A DNA stretch of 64,000 nt from Cyanobacteria bacterium J06626_4 (GTDB taxonomy: Bacteria > Cyanobacteriota > Cyanobacteriia > Phormidesmidales > Phormidesmidaceae): NCBI GenBank assembly GCA_038523235.1, contig JBCBJQ010000018.1, positions 1-64,000 on the forward strand, written 5' to 3'. Made by a program: the position numbers and the translations under genes. Every line of letters begins with the position of its first letter. The first letter of the stretch is position 1. This document shows, in pieces, positions 44,911 to 54,694 of the stretch. The notes below the pieces were generated by a model that had not been told where the DNA came from, searched no databases, and worked only from the letters and a program-made list of their open reading frames with translations.

Positions 44911-45195
44911 TCAATGATTCTTACTATCAGACGCCAAAGAGACTGCCCACAAAAGATTGAGCCCAGACGGCACAAATAATAAGCACCCTAGGATAATGCT
45001 GACTCTCGCTGACAAAAAGGTTAATAAGGCACTGATAGCCGTCAGACCAATGAGCCCCAAAATGATGAATAAATAGACTAAACCAAAGGTTTGTATTTTA
45101 TAACCGATGCGATCGCCAAATATAAAGTACACCATCAAACTAAGGATATTGAAAGCTAGGTTAACCCAAGCTACATGTTTCATCATAAATGTCAT
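44911..45195 (-). CDS. Small hydrophobic (~3 TM) protein, copy 2
   Basis: Paralog of 42819..43094; shared motifs YLFIILGL, TFLSAR, LGCLL.VPSG.NLL. Confidence 0.85.
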   Translation of the reverse strand: MTFMMKHVAWVNLAFNILSLMVYFIFGDRIGYKIQTFGLVYLFIILGLIGLTAISALLTFLSARVSIILGCLLFVPSGLNLLWAVSLASDSKNH

Positions 45196-45445
45196 AAACG
45201 CAACCTACTAATGCCATAAAAATTAGATTCTATGCTTGATTATGGAACTTTATTATCGGTTGAAGGGGTTTTCGTTCAGGAAACAAATATTTCTTTAGGG
45301 TAGCAATTCGCTTGTTTTTTCTGGGCACTTTAGCTTGTGCACAGAGAATATGTCACTTGAAGCTTACAGTGTGTCATTGCGAAGACTGAGAGTCTTTTAA
45401 GTCGCATGCTCAACTTTGAGTATTCAGGTGGCTCAGAATGTACTC

Positions 45446-47689
45446 ATGACGAATCTGCCATCGCTTCGACAACGTGCCCAAGCTGGGGATCCGCAGGCGA
45501 TCGCCACTCTCATCAACCAGTCATTCCAACAGCAGCAGGTACGGGCTGAGGTACAAGCAGCGGCATCGCGCTTAACCGTCCGGATAACCGGACAATCTGT
45601 ACCCAATCCTCAGTTGGCCGCAGCAGTACAAAAAGGCTTGCTGAGCCTCAAGCTGACGCAGTTTTCTGAGTTGGTAGTGATGGGCTTTTGGGCGGATGAA
45701 GAGGCGGCGATGTGGGTAAAGCGGTTGTCGCTGTCGCCCACGGTGGACGCGACCCAGATACGGAGCGATCGCCCTGCCCCAGCAACGATCCACGCTCCCT
45801 CGACGGCGACAACGGCAGCAGAGGTCGCCGAAACCCTTTCTCCGGCAGCCATGCGGCAAACGCGAACGGCAGCAGCACCAACCCCAAAGTCTACTCGCAA
45901 TGCTCAATCGTCATCGCCGCGCCTTCTGCTAACTAAGTGGGTTGGCATTGGCCTATGTCTAGTCGGTATCGTTGCTGGAATCACCGCGTACAGAAATCGG
46001 TCACGTTGGCAATTCAATATCGGGCGACCAGCTACTCACAAAAACATCTGTAGTGCTGACTTTTTAGCAGCGGGGGGAGCCCTCGATGAATTGCGCCTGA
46101 GCTGTTTAGAAAATGACCCAGAAATCACGACCCTGTGGCTAGAACGCACCGCTGATAACCCCAATCAGCTCGACGCGGAAGGCCACACGCTGCTGCAAAC
46201 GGCGCTCAAACTCAGGCAGCCTGACCTAGCGCGACAAGCGCTAGAGCACGGTGTCGATCCGAATGTGGGTGACCAGCGGAACTCGCCACTTGCCCTTGCC
46301 GTGAGCCAAGAGTATTTCAACCTGGTGCAACTGCTGATCAATCGCGGCGCCGATGTTACCTACACATGGACCGTGTCGGACAAACCGGAAAATGCCTTGA
46401 TGCTGGCGTTGCAACTGGATGATTTAGTGATCGCTGAGCAGTTACTCAGCGCTGGCATGCCCTATGTCGGTAGAGGTTCGATTAATTTGACGGGAATGGC
46501 CGAAACGACTGACTTTGACCTTCTCGACACGCTCATTGCCCAAGGGTTAGACATTAACGAAGGCGATATTTATGTAGCGCCACCGCTGGAGCAAGCGCTT
46601 AAACAGGATCATGTGGCCCTTGCCCGGTTTCTGATTGATCGGGGAGCCACGGTCGATGACCAGCGCCTCCATCGCATCCTCAAAGCCAACCAAGCAGACG
46701 TTATCGCTTTGTTGTCAGAGCGCGAGGCCCAGATTGATGTCGGGAAACTTGCCCAAGGCGATGCGGCGCCAACGCCTCCAGTTGAGGTGACCCAAAACTC
46801 GCTAGTTGAGGCGGGGCCAAGTTCACCGGTTGAGGCTGGGCAAAACTCTCAAGTGGAGGCGGGGCAAAGTGCTCGGGGTAGCAATGATCGGTTGACCGCA
46901 GCAGGGGGACAAAACAGTAATGACCAACAGGCAGTGGTGGATGCGATTAATCAGGGCGATCGGCACCTGTTAGAAAGACTCATTAGTCAGGGAGCGAATC
47001 TCAATCAGACCGTATCATCAGGGCAAACGCCCCTAACTGCGGCGATCGCAAAACGAAGCCCGGTTGCCGCCAAGCTGCTGCTAGATAATGGTGCCCAGCT
47101 CAATTTCCCCGATGCCCGCGAAACCCCCCTCACCGCAGCGATCGACCGCGAACAATGGGAAATCGTCGATCAATTGCTGACGCGGGGTGCCAACTATACC
47201 CAGGCCGCTCCCGACGGGCAAACGCCGCTCAATCAGGCCATTCGCAAAAACAACACCCAGCTCGTCCAGCGCCTGCTCGATCTGGGTGCCGACCCCAATC
47301 AACCAGGCGACAACGATTACACACCCTTAATGGCGACTCTACAACCCATTGGCCAGCCGCCTAAAGATGCGCAAATTATTCAAGCCTTGCTCGACAGCGG
47401 CGCCGAGTTGCGTAAGCAGGAAATGTTTCGTGCCATTCGGGATGACCATGTGGCGACCGTTCGACTCTTTCTCGATCATGGCTGGGGCATCAACGCCCGA
47501 GTTTACGACAACCATACGCCCCTGTCTGCCGCTGTTGGCTACAGCACTCCCGAGATGGCGCAACTGATGCTCGATCGCGGTGCCGATACCGATTGGCGTG
47601 GGCACCATTACTTTACGCTGATGGATTTGGCCAAAGAGCGTGACAGTCAGGAAATGATTCGTTTCCTAAGAAGTAAAGGAATTCGGTAA
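45446..47689 (+). CDS. Shared-N-domain protein B: single TM followed by ankyrin repeats
   Basis: N-domain AQAGDPQAIATLIN..., Ala/Thr/Pro linker, TM WVGIGLCLVGIVAGI, many ankyrin repeats (GQTPLTAAI..LLLDNGA, GQTPLNQAI..LLDLGADPN). Confidence 0.93.
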   Translation: MTNLPSLRQRAQAGDPQAIATLINQSFQQQQVRAEVQAAASRLTVRITGQSVPNPQLAAAVQKGLLSLKLTQFSELVVMGFWADEEAAMWVKRLSLSPTVDATQIRSDRPAPATIHAPSTATTAAEVAETLSPAAMRQTRTAAAPTPKSTRNAQSSSPRLLLTKWVGIGLCLVGIVAGITAYRNRSRWQFNIGRPATHKNICSADFLAAGGALDELRLSCLENDPEITTLWLERTADNPNQLDAEGHTLLQTALKLRQPDLARQALEHGVDPNVGDQRNSPLALAVSQEYFNLVQLLINRGADVTYTWTVSDKPENALMLALQLDDLVIAEQLLSAGMPYVGRGSINLTGMAETTDFDLLDTLIAQGLDINEGDIYVAPPLEQALKQDHVALARFLIDRGATVDDQRLHRILKANQADVIALLSEREAQIDVGKLAQGDAAPTPPVEVTQNSLVEAGPSSPVEAGQNSQVEAGQSARGSNDRLTAAGGQNSNDQQAVVDAINQGDRHLLERLISQGANLNQTVSSGQTPLTAAIAKRSPVAAKLLLDNGAQLNFPDARETPLTAAIDREQWEIVDQLLTRGANYTQAAPDGQTPLNQAIRKNNTQLVQRLLDLGADPNQPGDNDYTPLMATLQPIGQPPKDAQIIQALLDSGAELRKQEMFRAIRDDHVATVRLFLDHGWGINARVYDNHTPLSAAVGYSTPEMAQLMLDRGADTDWRGHHYFTLMDLAKERDSQEMIRFLRSKGIR
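46781..46870 (+). repeat. In-frame 24-nt tandem repeat (about 4 units) inside the ankyrin gene
   Basis: gttgaggtgacccaaaactcgcta / gttgaggcggggccaagttcaccg / gttgaggctgggcaaaactctcaa / gtggaggcggggcaaagt, encoding VE(A/V)xxxSx units. Confidence 0.8.
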
Positions 47690-47734
47690 GGGCAAGGTTT
47701 CAGATAGTTTCAGTGATCCCAATTCAGGTATTTC

Positions 47735-49117
47735 GTGGTGAGTCTTCAACAGGTTCAGCAATTAGCCAAGCAGGGCAACCCCAAAGCGATCGCGGCTCTC
47801 CTCAACCATTCTCTTAAGTCAGAGGGCGTGCAGGCAAAGGTGGCGAGGAATGGCGATCGCCTCAAAGTTGCCCTGATCGGCTCGACGCCGCCCGCTGCCG
47901 ACTTATTCCAGCGGGTGACCATGAGGCTCAAGCGCTTAAATATCAGTGATATTAGCCAGTGCAACATCAGTGCGTATCAGGCCAACAACCAGCAACCGGT
48001 TTGGGGCAAGTCGCTAACGTTAGCAGCACCGCTTGAGCCCGCTGCCTCAGCCACGTCACAGGCGAATCCAGCATCCCCCAGGACCTCAACGCCAAAGCGC
48101 TCAACCCAGCCCCACTCCAGGCAGCCTGGTAGTAGCCCCGTGAAGCTCAGCAGTCGAGCCTTCTGGATGCGAGGTATGGCATTTTTATTCAGCGTGCCGC
48201 TAATTGTGCATGGCAGCTTACGATTTTTATTGACTTTAGAAACACAGTTATTTGGCATTCACCATTTACCAATTGAATCGCCAAATACCAATATCTTCAC
48301 TTACTTTAAGGCCCAGATATTTGGAGGATTCGGCGTTGTTAGTGAAAAAACGCTGGAAAATTCCCTGCTGTATCTGGGGACGTTTTATGCAGCCAGTTTG
48401 GTAGCTTTGGTCTTAGGGCTAGTAGCAATGCGATACGCACTTCAGAACTGTCAAGTCATTGCCAGAAAGCTGTCTGTCTGCTTGGCGATCTCTCCGACCC
48501 TGTTTGTCGTGATTTGCATTATCAGCAACCCATATTTACTCTTGCCTTTTCGGCTGTATGACACCACACCGGCGGTATTTTTCCATCCCGTCACGGGGGT
48601 GAGTATCAATCGAAGTTTTCAGCTCACGCTCATCTTCATCAACATACTACTGCTGGTGATCGGTAGTATGGCGATTTATCGGTTTGTTTGGCGTCCCTCT
48701 CCAGCAGGCAAAACTCCATTCTGGCAAGTGCTAAGGCAAGGATGGCAACAGCTATGGTACGTACGAAAAATTGACATGGTCAAGCTGTCAGCGATCGCCT
48801 TACTGCTGTTATTGCTGACTAACCCTGGCCCCGTTAGACATGTGAAAGCTTCTAGCTTTATCGGCGGTTTTGGCGCTAACCCAGAGTATCTAGGCACAGT
48901 GATTCCGGGTTCTGTCATCAAAGACTGGTTGGCCAATAATCCCACCATCAACTATCGAACGGTGCTGGTATGTTCCTGGCTGGGCACTGAGTTTCAGGGG
49001 CCGGTCACATTCGGTTTTGCTGGGCACAGTTATCTGCGAGCTGTACCAGAAAATATTTTTCAGCTCGACAAACATCGCAGCCGTCTCGATTTATTGAACC
49101 CCACCAATTATTTTTAG
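47735..49117 (+). CDS. Shared-N-domain protein C: multi-TM with DUF4359-like tail
   Basis: N-domain LAKQGNPKAIAALLNHSL..., Ser/Pro linker, several TMs, tail LLLTNPGPVRH...TFGFAG. Confidence 0.85.
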   Translation: MVSLQQVQQLAKQGNPKAIAALLNHSLKSEGVQAKVARNGDRLKVALIGSTPPAADLFQRVTMRLKRLNISDISQCNISAYQANNQQPVWGKSLTLAAPLEPAASATSQANPASPRTSTPKRSTQPHSRQPGSSPVKLSSRAFWMRGMAFLFSVPLIVHGSLRFLLTLETQLFGIHHLPIESPNTNIFTYFKAQIFGGFGVVSEKTLENSLLYLGTFYAASLVALVLGLVAMRYALQNCQVIARKLSVCLAISPTLFVVICIISNPYLLLPFRLYDTTPAVFFHPVTGVSINRSFQLTLIFINILLLVIGSMAIYRFVWRPSPAGKTPFWQVLRQGWQQLWYVRKIDMVKLSAIALLLLLLTNPGPVRHVKASSFIGGFGANPEYLGTVIPGSVIKDWLANNPTINYRTVLVCSWLGTEFQGPVTFGFAGHSYLRAVPENIFQLDKHRSRLDLLNPTNYF

Positions 49118-49244
49118 TTGCTGTGTCTTTCTATGGTTCCGTATCAAGGGGATTAGTCTAACCGCTTCATCAAGAAACCTCTGCATAAACCTCCGTCAAT
49201 ATTCATCAGTTTTAACGTCGCTCTACAACCGCTAGTCGCGAAAT

Positions 49245-50465
49245 ATGACTACTCAACCTTCAGGGAAAAACGAGCCACTTTCTCAAATTGAGCGGGCCAT
49301 AGCTGGCGATATTGCTGCGATCGCTGCCCTGATTAACCGTTCTTTTCAAAAGCAGGGCATACGAATAGAAGTCGTTCCGAATAGGAGTACTTTAGAGGTT
49401 TCGCTCTATGGCAAAATACCGCCCTCAAAACGGTACATTGATGTGCTCAAATCAGGGTTAACGCGCATTGGGGTGACACGGTTTACTCACCTGGTCGTGG
49501 ATAGCTACCAACAAGATTCATGCTTTCCTACTTGGGTAGAGACGATCACTCTGGTTGATGCCAGTGCCTCGACTGCGGATACTGCAGCTAAACCTACCAA
49601 AGCTATTCAAGCGGCGATCGCGCCATACCGCCCCCAATGGCAGGAACTGCAAACCAAACTGCCGCGCATTTTGCGAGAACCCAAAATCTTTGCAGCAGCT
49701 TTCGTCGGGAGCTGGCTGTTAATGATTTTTCAACCCCTGATCTTGGTTGGCATCGCCCTCATTGCCAGTGGTGTGTGGTGGCTCAACCATCGTCATCAGT
49801 CCCCAAATTTGCCCAGCACTCTGCAACCACTGCCGGCTGTGCTCAAAGACTGGTCATGGGAATGGCTGGCCGCCCTCTTTGGCTTGTTGGCCTGGGTTAC
49901 CAATGTCAAGCTGGCGATGTACGCAGGCATCATCAGCTCGTTGGTGGCGATCGCCCTCTTGTGCTGGCGAGGGCTGGCTCAATGGCGGCATCATGCTGCG
50001 CCTCAGGCTGTGGCAGATTGCCTGCTACTGCTGAATCTGCATCTGTTGCTGGCAGCGCTGTTACTGCTGAGGACGACTGCTTTACCAGCAGATTTCTTAT
50101 CCACGGTGACCATCGTCTTAGGCGGTGCCATGATGATGCAAGTCGGTGGCCGCATGGGCCAGTTTGCCATTGTGGCTAACATCATCATCACCCTTTTGGC
50201 GCTGCTGTTCGTCATGCATCACCAAGGTCCAGGCATTTACGCCAGCTTAGATCGCCCCTACTACGACACCCAAGGGTTCAATATCCTGTTTGGCTTCTTT
50301 GCCCTGATCGCTATGAGCATCTTTATCGGGTTGTTTTCGGGCGGCTCTTTAGTCTTAGGCGTCTTAGGCCATGCAGCGACGCGCAATTCCAGCATCGGTT
50401 ACGGACTGGTGCTGGTCGGGCCATATTTAAGCTGGCTCTGGGGTATCTCACTCACCTTGAGCTGA
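49245..50465 (+). CDS. Shared-N-domain protein D: polytopic membrane protein
   Basis: N-domain AIAGDIAAIAALINRSF... followed by many hydrophobic segments. Confidence 0.85.
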   Translation: MTTQPSGKNEPLSQIERAIAGDIAAIAALINRSFQKQGIRIEVVPNRSTLEVSLYGKIPPSKRYIDVLKSGLTRIGVTRFTHLVVDSYQQDSCFPTWVETITLVDASASTADTAAKPTKAIQAAIAPYRPQWQELQTKLPRILREPKIFAAAFVGSWLLMIFQPLILVGIALIASGVWWLNHRHQSPNLPSTLQPLPAVLKDWSWEWLAALFGLLAWVTNVKLAMYAGIISSLVAIALLCWRGLAQWRHHAAPQAVADCLLLLNLHLLLAALLLLRTTALPADFLSTVTIVLGGAMMMQVGGRMGQFAIVANIIITLLALLFVMHHQGPGIYASLDRPYYDTQGFNILFGFFALIAMSIFIGLFSGGSLVLGVLGHAATRNSSIGYGLVLVGPYLSWLWGISLTLS

Positions 50466-50585
50466 CGCAGTTCTTAACGGCACGGGGCTTATGCGCTCAC
50501 CAGGGACAACAAACTATTGTGTTATTTTCAAGCACATCCCTGAGCGCACGGCTTTCCTGATCGATTTTCCCAACCGGTCGCGGCA

Positions 50586-51251
50586 CTACCAGGGCAGCAC
50601 TTCGCCGTTGCCATGCCAAAACGTGCCGGTATTGTCGAGGGTGAGCGCGTCGATTCTGGCCAACAGTCCTTTGACCGATGCTGTGGGCGTGATGCCGTTG
50701 GGGGTAAAGCCCGTCATGCGCGTGCTAACCAGGCCTGGATGCAAGATCGCCACCGCAATGCCCTCCGGTCTTAAATCGTGAGACAGAGACTTGCCCGCCA
50801 TCGAGAGCGCGACCTTCGACATGCGGTAGCCGTAGGAGCCGCCCGACGTGTTGTCGTCAATAGACCCCATGCGGCTGGTCATCAAAACGACCTTGCTACC
50901 GGCCTTGAGATGGGGCAGCAGTGCTTTGGTGAAACGCAAGGGACCGATCGCATTCACTTCAAACTGCTCGCGAATACTCTCAATGTCGAGATTGTCCAGA
51001 CTCACCCGGTTGATAATGCCCGCATTGTTGATCAGTACGTCTAGCTCAATGCCCTGCAGTTTGTTCGCCAACTCAGCAACTGATGCGTCCGAGGTGATGT
51101 CAACCCCAGTTTCAACCCGAATGCCCAACTGCTCCAACTCTTCTGAACTGGAGCGGCAAACGGCAATAACGTCCTCCCCGCGCTGTTGCAGCTGCTTGCA
51201 ATATTCATAGCCAATGCCGCGATTGGTACCGGTGATTAAATAAGTGGCCAT
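50586..51251 (-). CDS. Short-chain dehydrogenase/reductase (CsgA-like)
   Basis: TGTNRGIG, LINNAG, SRMGSI, YRMSK (YxxxK), HPGLVST. Confidence 0.94.
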   Translation of the reverse strand: MATYLITGTNRGIGYEYCKQLQQRGEDVIAVCRSSSEELEQLGIRVETGVDITSDASVAELANKLQGIELDVLINNAGIINRVSLDNLDIESIREQFEVNAIGPLRFTKALLPHLKAGSKVVLMTSRMGSIDDNTSGGSYGYRMSKVALSMAGKSLSHDLRPEGIAVAILHPGLVSTRMTGFTPNGITPTASVKGLLARIDALTLDNTGTFWHGNGEVLPW

Positions 51252-51498
51252 GAGATCGCTCCCCAGTTAGCGCTAAAAGTGTGTGCCTGTTTCGTATAGT
51301 AGCCTCGTCTTTTTTTCTCACCCGCGACGACCCCCAGAGGTGGAACCCTGGCCAGTTATGAGGCCAGCCAGTCAATCAGCAGCGGCTCTCCAGCCCCCGG
51401 TCAAGGCAGTCCCCTATGGCGTACGAGGGCAGTCGCGGCAATAGCCATAGACTCAGTATGATCGCTGGCAAGATCCACCGTTTCCCAAGGGGATCGAA

Positions 51499-53163
51499 TC
51501 ACACTCCAACCCCAGTGAGTTCAGCCAATAGCGGATTCTGCTCGACCCACACGGAGACAGAACCACCGTTGCAGCGGAACTCTGCCCAGCCATGCTCATT
51601 CGTATAAATCGGGTCTTTAATATGGCCGGTGATATCAAAAAAGACCTTGTGCCGCTTGCCGACTTCCATCCATTTACTGCCGCTCGGGCCATCACTCAAA
51701 ATGACCGCCAGGGCATAGGGGTGATGTTCTGTCCCGAGGCGCGTCCAGCCGATGGTGTTGAAATGGTCAAGATAGTCATATTGGGGGCCGTAGGCAAAGT
51801 TTTTGCGAGCAAACAGCAGGCGATCAAGGATCCACCGATGGGAGTCCATCCAGATCTCGTAGACGTTGCCATCGGGCGCTTGGTCTTTGTAGTGAGCGCC
51901 ATAGTAGTCGGCATAAAACACACAGGGATAGCCTTGCTCGCGCAGCAAAATGATGGCATAGGCCAAGGGTTTAAACCACGCTTCCACCACCGACTCCAGT
52001 GCCTGTAGGGGCTGAGTGTCGTGGTTTTCGACCAGCGTCACCGCAAACAGGGGCAGCTCCTGCATTAGGGTGCCATCAAACAGTCGTCGCATGTCGTAGT
52101 GACCGCCCGCCTTGCTGGCTTTGTAAAAGTTGTGATGCAGGGGGGCATCAAACAGGTTGAGTCGCCCGCCGGCATTGCCGATATACCAGCTCAGGGTGCC
52201 AAAATCATAGGTCCAATACTCGCCGACGCAAAACAGATCGCGACCAGTATGGGCTTCTAAATGGTCGAGCCAGGCGTTAAAAAAGTCGCCATTGATGTGC
52301 TTAATCGCATCCAGGCGAAAGCCATCAGCGCCAATCTCATCGAGCATCCATTCACCCCAATAGTTCAGCTCACCCCGCACTTCGGGATGGTTCATATCAA
52401 GGTCGCTGCCCATGAGGTAATCGTAATTGCCAACCTCTAGATCAACTTTGGTTTCAAAGCTTTTATCTGCCATTTTCCAAACAGCTTTGAAGTCGGGCTC
52501 ATAGCTGTTGTAGTCGACAGAATCAAAATGGTACCAGTGCCACTTCATCGTGGAGTATTTGTCGCCGCGCTGGGGAAAGTTGAATCCGGTCCACGCTTTG
52601 ATGGTGCGCGCTCCACCCAGGGGACGGGTGCGATCGCGCGGATCATAGGGAATGGCCTCAAACTCTTCTTCGTAGTCAGCCGCCATTTTGTGATTGAAGA
52701 CAACATCGGCGTAGATTTGGATGCCATTTTGTCGACAGGTTTGCACTGCATCGACATATTCGTCTTTGGTGCCGTACTTGGTACGAATCGTATCTCGTTG
52801 GTTAAACTCACCCAGATCAAACCAGTCATAAACGCCATAGCCCACGTCGAAACTGCCGCCAATGCCTTTGTAGGCAGGAGGCAGCCACAGCGCGGTAAAT
52901 CCGGCGGCGGCCAGTTCTTGGGCATCGGCTTTGAGCTTTTGCCAGTGGGTACCATCGGCGGGAATGTACCAGTGAAACCACTGCATCATCGTGCCGTTGA
53001 ACTCAGCAGGCGCTTTCTTGTCAGCGATCGCGGCGGCATTCGTCCCGACCCAATCTTGCAGAGCAAATTTCGCGGCGTCGCGGGTCTCAGCATCCAATTT
53101 TTTACCGATCGCGCTGAATTGTTCTTTAAGGGTTTGAAAGGGAGATGGCATGGCAATGGGCAT
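51499..53163 (-). CDS. Alpha-amylase (GH13, cytoplasmic AmyA-like)
   Basis: NGTMMQWFHWY, WLPPAYKG, DVVFNHK, DGFRLDAIKH, VGEYW, VENHDTQP. Confidence 0.95.
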   Translation of the reverse strand: MPIAMPSPFQTLKEQFSAIGKKLDAETRDAAKFALQDWVGTNAAAIADKKAPAEFNGTMMQWFHWYIPADGTHWQKLKADAQELAAAGFTALWLPPAYKGIGGSFDVGYGVYDWFDLGEFNQRDTIRTKYGTKDEYVDAVQTCRQNGIQIYADVVFNHKMAADYEEEFEAIPYDPRDRTRPLGGARTIKAWTGFNFPQRGDKYSTMKWHWYHFDSVDYNSYEPDFKAVWKMADKSFETKVDLEVGNYDYLMGSDLDMNHPEVRGELNYWGEWMLDEIGADGFRLDAIKHINGDFFNAWLDHLEAHTGRDLFCVGEYWTYDFGTLSWYIGNAGGRLNLFDAPLHHNFYKASKAGGHYDMRRLFDGTLMQELPLFAVTLVENHDTQPLQALESVVEAWFKPLAYAIILLREQGYPCVFYADYYGAHYKDQAPDGNVYEIWMDSHRWILDRLLFARKNFAYGPQYDYLDHFNTIGWTRLGTEHHPYALAVILSDGPSGSKWMEVGKRHKVFFDITGHIKDPIYTNEHGWAEFRCNGGSVSVWVEQNPLLAELTGVGV

Positions 53164-53666
53164 TACGAAAGGACAAATGATTCAACCAGAACCGGCAAAC
53201 AGAGGGCACTACGCGAATGATCAATCAACCGTTAACCAACGACCGGCAGTCGACAGAGTGGCCGGGCTCAACCACACGCCGACCAGATTAAGGCCAAAGG
53301 AGTGAGCGGTTGTTGCCCTGAGCCACCCCACATCAGCCAGTCGACTTTTTATGGCGCCAACAGCATACTACCGACCTCAAGTCTGACGGCAGGTCCCGAT
53401 CAGCGGAAAGTGATGGCCGATACAATCGGCTCGATATTCAGAGCCACCTGTCTGTAAAGACTTCACGAATCGTCATGAAAGTTATCGGTTTTTGCTACAG
53501 ATTCCGAAGAAAACCCTAAAGCTTCGACGGAATTAAAATCAGGCTTCCTAAAGTGATAGCAATCCACCCAGCGATAGATCTAACGATTTTGATTTTGATC
53601 GCGTGCGATCGCTCAACTCAACTGATCGGCTGGTGCCGGGATTTTTGATTGCACTTAACTGAGTTT

Positions 53667-54638
53667 ATGTCAGCCAACATTCCCTTTGATATTGCGTCGG
53701 ATTCTCACCATCAGCCCTCTGAAACTGCCAAGATCGCTGCCCCCGTGCGGATTCGGCGATTGGTTTGGAAGCTCGCGATCGCGACGCTGGCTCTCATGGC
53801 TGTAGGCAGCGCTACCCGCGTGATGAATGCGGGCTTGGCCTGCCCCGATTGGCCCCTGTGCTACGGCCAGTTGGTGCCCAGCCAGCAGATGAACTTACGG
53901 GTGTTTCTAGAATGGTTTCATCGCCTGGATGCCTCACTGATCGGCCTCATGTCAATTTGGCTAGCCGGGCAGTCCTGGTGGTGTCGTCGTGACCTGCCTC
54001 GGTGGCTCCCCTGGGCGGCGCTGGGGGCCGTGTTTTTAATTTTGGTGCAGGGAGCCTTAGGCGGGCTGACCGTCACCGAGCTGCTGCGGTTTGATATTGT
54101 CACTGCTCACCTCGGGACGGCCCTCGCCTTTTTAGTCACGCTGGTCGTGATGGGCTGCTGTCTCATGCCTTATCGCGGCGTCGGTACGTCGGGCACTTTG
54201 CATAGCATTGGGCTGATATCGGCGGTGTTGGTCTATCTGCAGTGCTTGTTGGGCGCATTGGTCGGCTCTCGCTGGGCCGCCCACCAATGCCTGGGGCTGT
54301 CGCAGCTGTGTCAAGTCATGGACAGCCACTTGATCGGGGTGGTGCCGCCCACCATCGCCATCTTTACGCTCCTGCTTGTTTCCTGGCGAACTCCAGCCTT
54401 GCATCCCTGGCTGCGACGACTGACGGTGGTCATCGGCACGCTGCTGTCTCTGCAAATTGTGTTGGGCATTGCCACGCTGCAAATGCATCTGCAGGTGGAG
54501 CCGCTCACAGTCACGCATCACACCGTTGGCGCCACCCTGACCGCCGCCCTCGTGGCCTTTACGGTACTCGCCTGGCGCGATCGCACCCAAAGTTTTTCCA
54601 CCCCGATTTCTCTCAAGCCGTCACAAACGCTGTCCTAG
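53667..54638 (+). CDS. ctaA: Heme A synthase (COX15/CtaA)
   Basis: GSATRVMNAGLACPDWPLCYG, EWFHR, QGALGGLTV, conserved His residues. Confidence 0.94.
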   Translation: MSANIPFDIASDSHHQPSETAKIAAPVRIRRLVWKLAIATLALMAVGSATRVMNAGLACPDWPLCYGQLVPSQQMNLRVFLEWFHRLDASLIGLMSIWLAGQSWWCRRDLPRWLPWAALGAVFLILVQGALGGLTVTELLRFDIVTAHLGTALAFLVTLVVMGCCLMPYRGVGTSGTLHSIGLISAVLVYLQCLLGALVGSRWAAHQCLGLSQLCQVMDSHLIGVVPPTIAIFTLLLVSWRTPALHPWLRRLTVVIGTLLSLQIVLGIATLQMHLQVEPLTVTHHTVGATLTAALVAFTVLAWRDRTQSFSTPISLKPSQTLS

Positions 54639-54694
54639 AGCAACGACGGTCAGCAACTTTTCCTCGATTAATTTCAATAAGGATTTACCTGCAA

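Noticed and set aside
36822..53163. GPH symporter, alpha-glucosidase and alpha-amylase as one sugar operon split by the array
   Set aside because: Separated by unrelated genes and terminators; no direct evidence of former linkage without synteny data
52528..53220. Long antisense or alternate-frame ORFs (also 24972..25562, 40997..41608, 30211..30765 and others)
   Set aside because: Shadows of well-supported genes, expected from GC-biased codon usage
54242..54694. Apparent 151-aa N-terminal extension of ctaB (ctaA-ctaB fusion)
   Set aside because: Alternate frame over ctaA with no CtaB-like sequence; ATG 54695 fits
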